From: Octopus sinensis
Lineage: Eukaryota
Direction: 5' to 3'
DNA length: 64,000 nucleotides
Assembly (NCBI RefSeq): GCF_006345805.1
Contig: NW_021832859.1
Coordinates: forward strand, 48,708-112,707
Shown: positions 1 to 12,689 of the stretch, one piece after another
Position numbering within the stretch: position 1 is the stretch's first letter
How the letters are laid out: every line of letters starts with the position of its first letter
The notes under the pieces: model-generated
Seen by the model: only the letters and a program-made list of their open reading frames with translations
Database searches by the model: none
What the model was told of the DNA's origin: nothing
Program-made: the position numbers and the translations under genes

Positions 1-365
1 GGCGCAATGGCCCAGTCGTTAGGGCAGCGGGCTCGCGGTTTCGATTCCCAGACCGGGCGTTGTGAGTGTTTATTGAGCGAAAACACCTAAAGCTCCACGA
101 GGCTCCGGCAGGGGATGGTGGTGATCCCTGCTGTAATCTTTCACCACAACTTTCTCTCACTCTTACTTCCTGTTTCTGTTGTACCTGTATTTCAAAGGGC
201 CAGCCTTGTCACTCTCTGTGTCACGCTGAATATCCCCGAGAACTACGTTAAGGGTGCACGTGTCTGTGGAGTGCTCAGCCACTTACACGTTAATTTCACG
301 AGCAGGCTGTTCCGTTGATTCGGATCAACCGGAACCCTCGTCGTCGTAACCGACGGAGTGCTTCC
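1..365 (+). mobile_element. tRNA-derived SINE, family A, tail type 1
   Basis: A-box-like TGGCCCAGTCG and B-box-like GTTTCGATTCC. Co-linear with copies at 39083, 50359 and 60229. Ends GTCGTAACCGACGGAGTGC. Confidence 0.9.
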
Positions 366-734
366 CCATATAAAATATCTAAAGGTATATTTTTCACTCT
401 GAAGATTGTTATGCTCAGGGCATAAGAACTTAATAGTTAATTAATTCACTGAGTGTTAATTGAAACAAATGTGAGGGGTGGCGATTGATTTGTTGTTAAT
501 AAACAATTATTAACTTCTTAATTTCCATTTTCTTTTTCGCCTTTTATATGATTATAAACTATAGGTTTTTATAAATGCACCATTATTTTAAGGAAATTAA
601 CTCTCCCAAAATATTGAGTATTCAACCAGTATTCCCTTGCATGACACCATCCCTTATTGTGACTAACATAACCTCTACCCGTTTATGTGTTTGTGTCTAT
701 GTGTGTGTGCGTGCATGTGTGTGTTTATATGAAA

Positions 735-1015
735 GCGAGTGTCATAGTGTTTAGGGTATTCGTTTCGCGATCGAAAGAGCGCGAGTTCCATTCCCGGTGG
801 GGCGTTGTGACTTTAAGCAAGATACTTTATTTCGATTTGCTCCATTTCACTTATCTGGCAAAACTTAATAGTGCCTGTATCTCAATAGGGCCAGCGTTGT
901 CACACTCACTGTTACGGCGAATCTCCCAGAGAATTACGTTAATGGTACCCGTGTCGGTGGAGTGCTCAGCCACTTGCAAGTTTAATCTATGAGCTAGCTG
1001 TTTTATTGATCAGAT
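735..1015 (+). mobile_element. Old chimeric SINE: tRNA head + CORE-like segment + family-A-like 3' body
   Basis: Decayed head, then TGTGACTTTAAGCAAGATACTT (CORE-like). 881-1015 aligns with family A 180-320 (CCTGTATCTCAATAGGGCCAGC...GGAGTGCTCAGCCACTT). Confidence 0.6.
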
Positions 1016-1111
1016 AAAGTGGAACACTTTATATGCATGCATATAAAACAGATATATTTCAAGCATTCATGAGGGACAGTCGAGCCAGTATTGTGTATAG
1101 ACGGTATAAGG

Positions 1112-1295
1112 CCATATTCGTCTGCCGTTACGTTGTGAGTTCAAATTCCGCCGAGGTCGACTTTACCTTTCATCCTTTCGGGGTCGATAAATTAAGTACC
1201 AATTACGCACTGGGGTCGATGTAATCGACTTAATACCTATGTCTGTCGTTGTTTGTCCCCTCTATGTTTAGCCCCTTGTGGGTAATAAAGAAATA
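1112..1295 (+). mobile_element. SINE family B, 5'-truncated copy nested at the head of another B copy
   Basis: Core GCCGAGGTCGACTTTACCTTTCATCCTTTCGGGGTCGATAAATTAAGTACC. Flanking duplication GGTATAAGG at 1103-1111 and 1296-1304. Confidence 0.9.
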
Positions 1296-1302
1296 GGTAT
1301 AA

Positions 1303-1534
1303 GGCGGTGAGCTGGCAGAAACGTCAGCGCGCCGGGCGAAACGCTCAGCCGTATTTCGTCTGCCGTTACGTTCTGAGCTCAAGTTCCGCCGAGGTCGACT
1401 TTGCCTTTCATCCTTTCGGGGTCGATTAAATAAGTACTAGTTACGCACTGGGGTCGATGTAATCGACTTAATACCTATGTCTGTCCTTGTTTGTCCCATC
1501 TATGTTTAGCCCCTTGCGGGCAATAAAAGAAATA
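1303..1534 (+). mobile_element. SINE family B, full length
   Basis: Head GGCGGTGAGCTGGCAGAAACG and B-box-like GAGCTCAAGTTCC. Outer TSD AGTATTGTGTAT at 1087-1098 and 1535-1546. Confidence 0.9.
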
Positions 1535-2059
1535 AGTATTGTGTATGGAACGAAGGGATCGTATAGCATAGTGCAGCCTGTCTTATTCTTTGAGATTACC
1601 GGATTATCTAACGCTCTATAGGTTTATTCTCATGCAAGGTAAGGGACGTCTAAATTCTTGTTAACAGTGTTAAAGATTTAAAGTTGGAAAGAAACATCTC
1701 AGTACGATTATCTCCTCTGATTCAGATTGAGGTTTATTTCCTGTCAGCAACTGTATTGTTTTATCATTTCTTCGCCTCTTTCTTTCCTCCTTCCGGTTGC
1801 AGATTTACTTCGCCTTTTCACTCTTATTGAGTGGTGATAAATCATGTTACATATGAAGCATGAAATGGCATTTATAATTAAATATTCTATAATATCTGTA
1901 TGTTGTCTGTGTTTTCTTTTGTATTGATTTCTCCCTGATCTTGGGCACGGTTTAACCGTTCTTCATAAGAATATATAAAAGAAGCACAAATGAAAGGCGA
2001 AAATAAAGTTACCGGTGTGACAAAAATATCGCCCTCACGGAGAAACAGTACGTGAATAT

Positions 2060-2283
2060 ATGCATGTGTTTATATGTGTGTATGAATGTATGTATGTATG
2101 TATGCAGGCAGGTGTATATATGTTCAGACACGCATGCATTTATCTATCTATCTATATCTATCTATCTAATAGGTATGTGTATGTATCTATGTATATATGT
2201 GTATGCATATATATCTGTGTATATATATATCTGTGTATGTATATATCTATGTATGTATATATCTTTGTGTATATATGTATGTA

Positions 2284-2316
<33 letters not shown>

Positions 2317-2350
2317 ATATATATATGTATATATATGTATGTATATATGT

Positions 2351-2384
<34 letters not shown>

Positions 2385-2679
2385 GTGTATATATGCATAT
2401 ATATATGTATGTATATATATATATATGTATGTATATGTATATATATGTATATGTATATGTGTGTATGTATATGTATATATATGTATATATATATATATAT
2501 ATATGTATGTATATGTATATATGTATATATGTATGTATCTGTATATGTATATATGTATGTATATGTATATGTATATATGTATGTATCTGTATATGTATAT
2601 ATGTATGTATCTGTATATGTATATATGTATGTATATGTATATGTATGTATGTATATATGTATATGTATATATATGTATG

Positions 2680-2731
<52 letters not shown>

Positions 2732-2732
2732 G

Positions 2733-2775
<43 letters not shown>
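2060..2775. repeat. Compound (TA)n/(TATG)n microsatellite with a 24-bp higher-order unit
   Basis: Direct reading; GTATGTATCTGTATATGTATATAT recurs at about 2531-2626. Confidence 0.95.
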
Positions 2776-2779
<4 letters not shown>

Positions 2780-3649
2780 GTGTTTCTGTATTTAGAGTAT
2801 TACAAGAAAGTAATATGTATTCAAAGTTTCTTAGTTTCACAGTTGTCAGCTATGCATATATTCGGCAGTTTGTCAGAACAGAAATTGCAAATAAATGTCG
2901 CGAAATATGTGTCAGAAGAACCAGTTTGGTATGCGTCATAGAAATATATTTATACAAAAAGAGATAACTGGAGTATTCGTAGTGATAAAAATTATATTTT
3001 TCCGCGTCTTCTCACCCCACGTTTACAGCTTTAGCCCTTCTTTGGGTTAGGAGAAAGAGAAAACGAAAGAAATGAGTGTAACAAAGGGAGTTTTCTATGT
3101 GGGCGGCCATTAAAATGTATAAAGCGAGAGCGACTCACACAGAAACAGATTAAAATATTCACAAGAAATGCATACACACATATACATATTTACATAAACA
3201 CACACACACACACATACATACATACATTGACAGATACGCTCACCTCTCCATTGTGAATTCCTAACGTGGTAATACCAAACTTTTTAGATATCTGCTTATA
3301 TATTAACGTTCATTATCACACCTGTACTTTCAAAATTTTTCTAAGAGAACCTGATGTCTTATAACTGTGCGTTACTACTGCGCTATTGAAATCACAAAGG
3401 TCTGTTTCTCTTATATCACATTAGAAAATATGGAACAAAAAAAACAAGCAGGTGTTATAAAATACTATAATACATTCATTATGAAGCATTTATTTTCCAC
3501 AATCGATTCATTAAGTTATTTTATCATAAAGCTGCTCTGTTACGATAATGCGTCTAAAGTTATTTGAATATTCAACTACGCATGACACGATAATTCCCTG
3601 TCACCTATAATTATCATCTTGTATTCTGATATATCTATATCTATTATGC

Positions 3650-3790
3650 ATGTATGTATATATTCGCACACACTCACTAACTCACTCACACACACACACA
3701 CACACACACACACAGATATGGACACACGTGTACACGATAAAGGTGAATAAGTATACACACACATGTATATACACTCACAAACGGTTATTT

Positions 3791-3822
<32 letters not shown>

Positions 3823-3891
3823 GTTTATATATACATATATATGTATATATATATGTGTATATATATTATATATATGTATATATATATATAT

Positions 3892-3922
<31 letters not shown>

Positions 3923-4010
3923 GTGTATATATATATATATATGTGTATATATATATGTATATATATATATATATATATAATATGTGTGTGTGTGTGTGTA
4001 TATATATGAT
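3650..4010. repeat. (CA)n/(TA)n microsatellite
   Basis: Direct reading. Confidence 0.95.
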
Positions 4011-4519
4011 GATGGCTTAACTGCCCCCAAATTTTGTCAATAACATTCCTGTTTAAGAATAATGATGATTACATACATACATGCACACACAGACGCACAA
4101 TTTGTGAGTGAGACCACTAAAAAGCTAAATTCCAAAGACAAATAGGCTGAACAGTCTTGTGTTATTTCAGGTGAATAAGAGAATATATGAATAATTAAAG
4201 GTAATGAAATAAATGACGAAAAGACCTAGGGTCAGTAGCAAGAAAAGGACATAAAGAGTGAAGAAAATAAGGCTTAAAAGAAAAACCAGAAACAAAGAGC
4301 TGGGTATCAGTCGTTTGAATTTCACACCTTAATGATGTTGAGGGATGGCAGCCCATTTTGGAAACCCTGATTATGGTATGAAATATACAGGTTAAGTGAC
4401 TAATCACGAGCAAATTAGTACACACTTTCATATAGTCGTGAGTGTTAGCGCGTACCATCATATACATTTCTATAGGGTACCTCAAAAGTTAATATCTACT
4501 ACAAAGATCTGCGATTAAA

Positions 4520-5280
4520 AAAAAACGTACCATGCTGTCAGACCCAATTAACTGATGACGACCGAGAAGTGACTAGTGTCCCTTAGACCTAACAATGCTT
4601 TAATTTTGGTCACCGTCTCCTTCACTGTGTTTTTTCACGAGGACTATGTCGTCAGCAAATTCAGTATCAGATATCTTTTTAGCCTTGACCTTCCTGCTCT
4701 AAGCCCGCGCTACAGAAAAGCCAGAGTACTGGTGTGTCTCCAACGCAAAGTGCATGCAATAGTCCATCACAATACTAAAAAAGTAGGGAGCCGATATATC
4801 TCCCTGAATCAATCCTGCCAGTATCTTAAAGAATTTCGTCATCCTATCAGGTGTAATGACTTGGGCACTGCTGTTGGCGTAGAGCAGTGATATCAGGTCC
4901 ACTATCAATTTGGGGATTTCTATAAGCCTATAAGATCTTCATCGGGCAGTGAAGGTCCAGAGAATCAAAGTCCTTCCTAAAGTCAACGAAAACCATGATA
5001 GCATGAAGACTCTTTGCTCCAGCTCCATCTAATATCCTCCTCAGCATTAGAATATGCCTGTGGTTGATCTTCCCTCTCTGAAGCCGTTCAGGTTGTCCCT
5101 AAGCTTCTTCTCCATCATGGTTTGTGGGCTGTTAAGAATTACCTTGTTGAGGGTCTTAGCCACTAGTGTCATCAGTGATATCCCCCTGTAGTTGTTGGTG
5201 TTAGAGAGACCTCCATTCTTTGGTTCTGGAACGATGTTGCTAATACTCCACTGGCACTGGGAAGATGTTACTGATTCTCC
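4520..5280 (-). pseudogene. Decayed LINE reverse transcriptase fragment (RTE/RTE-X-like)
   Basis: Translations NYRGISLMTLVAKTLNKVILN...NGFREGRST, LIQGDISAPYFFSIVMDY and KKISDTEFADDIVL match RT motifs. Contains stops and frameshifts. Confidence 0.85.
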
Positions 5281-5340
5281 ACAAATATGTGTGCGCGCGA
5301 GTGTGTACGTATATATACACGACATATAATCTACATATGT

Positions 5341-6613
5341 CAGGCTGATTAAAAAGAAGCAATGTTCTGAAACATGAAATTCATCACAATATATTTCAAC
5401 AATGCAGAAATTATATTCATCAAAGTAAGTACCATTACAATCAACATAGTTTTGCCAACGAGTATCAAGTTTGTTTATTTCGGTAACATAAAAATCTGGA
5501 GCTCTGGGGCTGATGAACTCTTTGAACTCACTTTCAGCATCGGTTTGATTTTTGAACTCCTTCTTTCACAGGTGCTTGGAGAAGTAATAGTCGGTAAGAG
5601 AAAGGTCTGGGGTATAAGTTGGATGGGGAAAAACTTCGTAGCCAAGTTCCTTCAACGTGTGCAGCCTCATCAGTGAAACGTGTGATTGAGCATTGTCATG
5701 GAGAATGATTGGTCTTCTTCTGTTGACCAGTCTGGGTTGGAAGAGTAGCAGTTTTTCTTTCATTTTGGCAATTTCATGGCAATATGTTTCTGCAGTAATG
5801 GTTTTCCTGGTTTTAAGAAGTTATAGTGGATGAGTCCAGGAGTACACTACCAGTCATCATAACTTTCTTTTTGAAGAGCTCGGGTTTAGGGAAGTTTTTT
5901 CAGTGCTTCATTATGGAACAAACCACTGCGAAGAAGGTTTTTTTTTTTATTATTGTACAGAATCCACTTTTCATCGCAAGTTACTGTACGTTCGATAAAT
6001 GGATCGGGCTGGTTACGAAGAAGTGACGAGCAAATTCCATATCTGCGCATTTTCTGATTTTCATTCAAATTGGTGGTACACTTTTTTCGAACTTCTTTGA
6101 TTTTCTGATCGCTTGTAAATGGTTGTAGGCAGCTTTCTGTCTAACTTGAAGTTCTTTTGCCAGTTCTCGACTGGTTTTACGAGGATATTTTTCAATGACG
6201 GTCTTTAATTGACCGTCATCAATGACATTTGGGCGTCGAATACGGTCACGATCTTCAAGGCTTAGGTCTCTACTGCGAAATCGTTTAAACCATTTTCGAG
6301 CTGACCACTCATTTCCATACTAAACGCTTGGTTGACACTGTGAATAATTTCAGCGACTTCACGTATTTTTTTGAAGTTGAATAGCAAAATTGCTCGAATA
6401 TCGCGCTTTCACAGTTCCATTCAGATGATTGTAACAACGGCGAAAAAAATATCAGTGTTAATTTATTGATGCATTTGAGCAAGTCTGTGTCTGTATTATC
6501 AGACAATTGCGGAACAAAAAAAAGAAAAACGTGTAAAAACTTTTCAAAATTTTGCAAAAACCCGGTACAGATTCTTTATGGTTCACAACGTTGCTTACAT
6601 TTTACTCAGCCTG
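5341..6613 (-). mobile_element. Full-length decayed mariner transposon (~1.27 kb)
   Basis: Imperfect TIRs CAGGCTGATTAAAAAGAAGCAATG (5341-5364) and CGTTGCTTACATTTTACTCAGCCTG (6589-6613). Motifs TCDEKWILYNN, LHDNAQSH and HPTYTPDLSLTDY (DD34D type). Confidence 0.9.
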
Positions 6614-6914
6614 GTAGCTTGATTTCTTATCATACACAACACTTCGAAAGAGAGGCAGATCTAAATATGTAAACAATGTTGATATCACTGTGTGAACTGA
6701 TCACTGTTGGATTTGTTTACACTAATTATTGTTCTATTTGAACATTCTTCTGAATGCATTCACCGTCACTTTTACCCTCCACAGTGTGATTGACACCTTT
6801 CAGCACTTTTCATATTACACATTCCAAAATCCAATTCTTTTCTGAAGTTGTCAATTTTATTCATCTCCTGGCAAACATACAGACGCATAAAAAAACAAGC
6901 GTATGTATACGTAC

Positions 6915-7063
6915 GCACTCTCTCTCTCTCTCTCTCTCTCTACCTCTCTCTCTCTCTCACGCACACACATACAGGGACGCACATCTATTCTATATCGTTC
7001 TCTCTTTTTCTCTCAATATATATATATGCATACACACAATACATACATACATATATACATACA

Positions 7064-7128
<65 letters not shown>

Positions 7129-7130
7129 TG
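6915..7130. repeat. (CT)n, (TA)n and (GA)n microsatellites
   Basis: Direct reading. Confidence 0.95.
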
Positions 7131-9300
7131 TCTGTGTATTCTAAATAATCATAAAGACAGAAATACAAAATGTTGAGAGAAGAGGAAAAAAGAGACACGA
7201 AGCTTCCAAATACAAAACCAAATGTATACCTTGATCAAAGTATTAGTGTGCATTTAAGAGAATAATATTACCGTGCCGTTCTTGGACATACGTTTGTTAA
7301 GTCGGTAGTATAAATGAATGATGACGTAAGAAACGGCAACTGGAATAATACAACTACATTTCAAACAATCTCACCAATAAATATGAATACAGAAGCACGT
7401 TATTTTCCTTTCATTCGAATCTGTTCGTTCCTGGCTTACGTAAACATAATTGACCAAAAGGAAGATGAAAAAAAAATAAAAGACTATAGCGACAATCAAA
7501 AATGCAATCGGGTCCGTACACACCATTAACGGTATAGCTGAACAAGCAGAAACAATGAAGAACTATAACGGTAGCAAATATAAAACAATAACAACGACAA
7601 CAGTTCCACAAAAATGCAATAACAACCACCACGGTAAATACATCAAAGGAAACGGAAGAAAACGTATATAAAATGCAACAACAATACCATTTGTTACACC
7701 TCAATCACCAGTCAGAACAGGGAAAAAAGAAACCACTCGGCAACTTTGCTGTTGGAAATAGAAACAAGGACTTGATGACGTCTATAGAACGAAGAACAAA
7801 AATACAACAATGGGGAATCATTGACTGAAGTAGGAGGCAAAATAATCTGCCGAAACCATAAACGCAGACCTACCGAAAACTGCAGTGAGAATTCCCAGGA
7901 ATTTTGTGTGACAGAACGGATAATAAACTTTGGAAAAGATCTTTCAAAGCAGTTCCCACAGTTGAGGAGACTAAATAAACAAGGCTTACTCCACATTTCA
8001 ATTTCTGTACCTTCTCACTTATTTCCTACGATCGATATACCTGTACTTATATTAGATTGTATAAATATACCTAGTCTGCACAAGAATTTCAGGTCACTGG
8101 GCGTAGCAATGATAGCATTCAGTGAGATCAGGCTTCTTGAGATACGAGTACTATCGCAAATATTTAACATTTTTTTGTTTGGTTACTGATACACTGTTGG
8201 AAATATCCTGTCCAGTATTAGGCGACTGCAATGATAATTTTTGACGTGTGCTGGGATCGTTTCAAATCTCAAATAAGCGATAAGAAAGTAAAGCCTCTTG
8301 TTGCAAATCCACCCGAAACTATTTTGACAATTACCAACAGGATTTTTGAACGTACAAATCTGAAGACTAAAAAACGCTACAGTTTATCGACTTCATGGTA
8401 ATCTATATGAATTTTTTTTTTATATACGAGCGAATATGGAATGTTGTATGATGTCGATTATTTGGTATTTTTCGACAGCAAATTTTGAAACTACGTGTCT
8501 GGAAACGGAATGCCTAGGCTCAAAGACAGGTTTCCAGTTACTGGAATATTTATGGGTCATCATTGTTGCTGAAAGACTACGAAGACCAGATTAGACAGTC
8601 ATTTAGGCAGAAGTAGATGCACCATCATGTACCAACAGTATGCTTTTCTGCTGTAAGGGAGAAGGAATGGTTAGCAGATTAGAAGACGCAATTAGAATGA
8701 AATGTTTCAGGTTTAGGTACAAAGCTAGAAAATTTAAGGGATATGGTTGATAGAGGTACTTGAATAGTATTGCATTTTAGCGAGCCTAGAGCTGTGGAAG
8801 CTGAAGTTGACCACGAAGTAATTTCAGTTCAAATATAAAGAACTGGCATAGATACTACAAGGCATTTTCCCGTCCCTCCAGTATTAAATATTTGTAATTT
8901 ACGTGCAGGAACAGCGCGGCGTCAAGGGTGGTGTGATCGTCCATAATGTCGGCCCGAGTATATAACTGGCACCTCACTTTTATTGACACAGGAGGTATAA
9001 AAGTCAAAACTTTGCACCCTCCTGATTTGAAACTTGAAGGTAAAGAGGGAAAACAACAGGACATTCCGTTCAACACGTAGTAGACTCAGCAGTATTAGCA
9101 GCAGCAACAGCAGCGGTTCAAGAATTTGGACCCGGAGATCTCCATTTCCAGCGACTTTGAGGGTCACCTCCCAGTGGTGTCGGGCGTCAACGAAGAGCCC
9201 TCGACTACAACAAGACGACCAAAGTTTTTTTTTTCCAAAGTCTGGGGTATCCGGCCCCTAAGCCCTAGACCATAACCTAATCACCCTTACTCGTCTTGTT

Positions 9301-9715
9301 GCTTAACAACAACAACATCAACAGTAGTAGTAGATGTAGTAGTAGATGTAGTAGTAGTAGTAGTAGTAGTAGTAGTTGTAGCAGCAGTATCATTATTAGT
9401 AGTTGTGGCTGCAACAGAAGCAATATCAAGCTTAACAACAACAACAGCAACAGTAGTAGTAAATGTAGTAGTAGTAGTAGTAGTAGTAGTAGGTGTAGCA
9501 GCAGTATCATTATTAGTAGTTGTAGCAGCAACAGAAGCAATATCATCATCGTTAGCGCTAGCGGCAGCAGGAGTGGTAGTCCCATTAATAGCAGTACTTG
9601 TACCGCTAGCAGCAGGAGTAAATGTGGTGGTAGTAGTAGTAGTATAGTAGTAGTAGTAGTGGTGGTAATGATGGCTGGGAACTAGTAGTAATAGTAGTGG
9701 TGGTGTTGCTGGTAT
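9301..9715. repeat. Compound (AAC)/(TAG)/(CAG) trinucleotide repeat with an internal ~125-bp tandem duplication
   Basis: Units start GCTTAACAACAACAAC at 9301 and 9430; both contain GTAGCAGCAGTATCATTATTAGTAGTTG and end ACAGAAGCAATATCA. Confidence 0.9.
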
Positions 9716-10563
9716 TTCGGCATTCTTACTTTGTGTTCCTTTGAAGCATCTGCCTCCTTTCATTTCATATTATCAAGTTGTTTTCGGAAGACATGTTATA
9801 ATGGCAATTATTTGCTGCAATGGATTCGCATCAGTGACTGGAATCACTTGAAATGGTAAGCATTGTGTAGAATAAATACAATGTAACTTTAGGAAGAAAC
9901 AGTAAAATGAATAAACTCAATGTCTCCTATCTCTCTTTTTCTCTCTTTCCATACACACACATGTATGTGTGTATATAAAATGTTTTATATATATATATAT
10001 AATTAAATATGTACATATATAAACACCTCTCTGTCTCTCTCAGTATATACATCTTTTTATATATTGTGCATGCATTTATATACGTGTGTGTATCATATAT
10101 AAACGTTTGTGTGTCTACAACCACACACACACACACACACGCACACATCGATTATTTACTACCGCTTCTGACTTGATTTTTTTTAATTGTGTTTGTATGT
10201 GTGAATACGGTGTTTGTCATGCAAGCCACTATTGTTGAATGGCTGTGTGCAGCCGGATGTTAAAGCTGAAACTTTAAAAGGATGACATTGCAAGAATAAA
10301 GACGGTAATATTGAATGATATAAAATTGAATATAAACAGCACTTTTACAGGTATTCGTTTATTAAATTATATCTTGCTTCCAGACTTGTTAAAAATTTGG
10401 TTGAAATATCTTGTTGCTGTTTAAGAACGTCAGTGAATATACAGTTTACTGCTCTATGATAATTCGGTAAAAATTAAATGAAAAATAATACATTACACGT
10501 TTAGAAAATTCAGCTTTAACTGGTTCGCACCGCTATCAGTTTACTATGTTATAATAATAATAA

Positions 10564-10926
10564 TCTATATATATATAAACGGCAAAATGTCTGCGTGTGT
10601 GTCCTTTATACAAATCCACAATTTTTTAGTTGGAGGGCTCGCACTTTCTATAGTCATTTAAAACCGTCCAAGGGCGGTCGTGCATATCTTTACATTTCCC
10701 AAGTCACCCCGCAAAGCCATTAAAAATCAATAGAAGTGACTTTTTTGTGAATTTTCTATCCAAAACCCAATCAAAATGCCTGAAACTTGATACGCCAATT
10801 GCATGCCAGCTAGCTGTATGTGATTGGTCGGAGATTTGGACAGTACTCGCGTGTATGTGCGCACGCACGCAGCTGTATATGCATGTACTAGCACTATGAC
10901 CCGGCAACGCCAGGTCATAGTGCTAG
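10564..10926 (+). mobile_element. Non-autonomous Helitron
   Basis: A|TCTATATATATATAAAC 5' end. Subterminal hairpin GCACTATGACC...GGTCATAGTGC. CTAG|T 3' end; no TSD. Confidence 0.8.
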
Positions 10927-11130
10927 TCTATAATATAAAATCCGTTCTGTCTGTGTGTGTGTCTTCTAGGATCTCGGGCATCCTCCATCCGATTGCGCTC
11001 AAATTTGATATGTAGATACCGACTGTGTCAGGGCGTGTATAAGTCTTGAAAAAATTACAAAAATCGATTCCAGGCGAGAATGCGATCGATAAAGTGAATA
11101 AAATCGCTTTTCTTTGGAATAGAAAAAAGT
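10927..11130 (+). mobile_element. 5' part of a second Helitron abutting the first
   Basis: TCTATAATATAAAATCCGTTCTGTCTGTGTG starts immediately after the CTAG; no 3' end identified. Confidence 0.55.
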
Positions 11131-11613
11131 CTATCTTTATTTCTTCTTTTGCTGGTGTTTCAAATTTAGGTTTAATCAGTGTTTCTCAAAGGGGAGGCCT
11201 ATGGGACGGTTGGACATGTTGCTTTGAGAAAATTTAGTTTAAATATTTGACGACGCAGCACCGCCCATTGGGCGGGGGTCATTTTGCTCGTAATATATAA
11301 TAACGTTGTGACAAATCATTTAAGGAAATTGTCGAAAATTTCACCAAGGAAATTTTCCTTCATAGGATCACTATTGTTACACAGCTAACTTAAGAGTTGT
11401 GGTTGTATAGATGGCCATATATTCTGTACTATCGTGGAACATATTTGAATCAGATGCCGTAACAACACTTTTAGACCAAACTGTATACATTCGTAAAACA
11501 TTTTACTGATTCCATTATTTCCCAGGGTTAATCCAGAAATATAATGGTGTTCGGTCTGATATTATTAATTGCACATTATATTATCTATATTCAACATAAA
11601 TATTATTATTATT

Positions 11614-11993
11614 GAGTGAGAGAGCAGTTCATACCATCAAAGTGACACTGGGGTAAAATATACGAGGCCCAATATGCCCATCATGACTACCCGTCTGATA
11701 AGGGTACACCAGGCACATGCATCACAACCATATGTGCGCGACATGGTGATCTTATATCAAGATAAACAGCACATGACCTTGCAGGTGGGGCCCAGTTAGA
11801 ATTTTCTTCAGGTTGAGTAGCCCATCCCGCTCAAAAGGTCCCTGAATAAGGGTTATTTAAGGATGTTGAAAGAACCACCCATGTTTCCATAGGTGAATTA
11901 TTTAAACCCCAAAGAATCCCTCTCAACACATGGCTATGATGCTCCCCCACTACTTCTGCTCGTGATCAGAGATGCACATATCGTCAGCCACTA
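11614..11993 (-). mobile_element. Element E, truncated copy between (TTA)n tracts
   Basis: Near-identical to 54642-55020 and 55831-56200. Strand inferred from which end is retained. Confidence 0.85.
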
Positions 11994-12025
11994 TTATTAT
12001 TATTATTATTGTTATTATTATTATT

Positions 12026-12222
12026 TGTTTGACCTGCTTTGTATTTATACAAGTTGACTCCAAATCTCATCCAGAGACCTCAAGAGACAACAAGTTAAAA
12101 GTTCATGGTGTTATGCCTAGGGGTTCATATATTTGGCTTTGCACATAGTATTGTTCTTGAGAATGTTTAAGAAAACAAGAAAATTATGAGTTTGTTTTAA
12201 AATTTGAGATTACATAGTATTG
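12026..12222 (-). mobile_element. Probable 3' end/UTR of an (AAT)n-tailed retroelement
   Basis: Abuts (TTA)n. The minus strand begins ...ACAATACTATGTAA, resembling the ILSx* end of the RLE ORF at 56.6 kb. Single copy in this window. Confidence 0.4.
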
Positions 12223-12225
12223 TAC

Positions 12226-12345
12226 GTCGACTTTTCCTTTCGTCCTTTCGGCTTCAATAAAATAAATACCAGTTAAACACTGGGTCGATGTTATTGACTT
12301 GCCTCGTTCCTCGAAATTTCGGGCCTTGTGCCCGAATTTGAAATC
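12226..12345 (+). mobile_element. Old family-B SINE 3' half with alternative tail
   Basis: GTCGACTTTTCCTTTCGTCCTTTCGG...GGCCTTGTGCCCGAATTTGAAA followed by ATT repeats. Confidence 0.75.
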
Positions 12346-12368
12346 TACATTATTATTATACACGCAGC

Positions 12369-12608
12369 AAGTATAGATGGGCTGGACACGTCGCCCGGCT
12401 CACCGATAATCGGTGGACGCACGCAATTGTCGAGTGGTACCCGCGCGAGCGGAAAAGACCACTCGGAAGACCTCCACGAACGGTGGATTTACGATTTCAA
12501 GAGGATGATTGGGATCACGTGGATGAGAAAGGCGCGATCCAGAGAGGAGTTGACAGCGGTGTCAAATGAACGCCTGACGGACTGGTCGGTCAAGGTGATC
12601 AAGGTGAT
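12369..12608 (+). pseudogene. 3' end of an RTE-clade LINE
   Basis: KYRWAGHVARLTDNRWTHAIVEWYPRERKRPLGRPP matches the RTE C-terminus. Tandem tail (TCAAGGTGA)x2. Confidence 0.85.
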
Positions 12609-12689
12609 TATTAGTATAATTAAATATATACCATATTATCTTTATACCACATGAATATAATGAATATCACAGTTTCACACTATATTATA

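Noticed and set aside
400-450. Hammerhead-like CTGAAGA + hairpin + GAAC
   Set aside because: There are extra bases before stem II, no GAAA and no stem I pairing.
2052-2967. 200-300 aa ORFs rich in Y/I/C/M/H (also at 3.6, 28, 31.6, 32.6, 47.7 and 62 kb)
   Set aside because: They are stop-free translations of (TA)n/(TG)n microsatellites.
11176-11220. hAT-like terminus CAGTGTTTCTCAAA
   Set aside because: No matching opposite TIR or 8-bp TSD was found.
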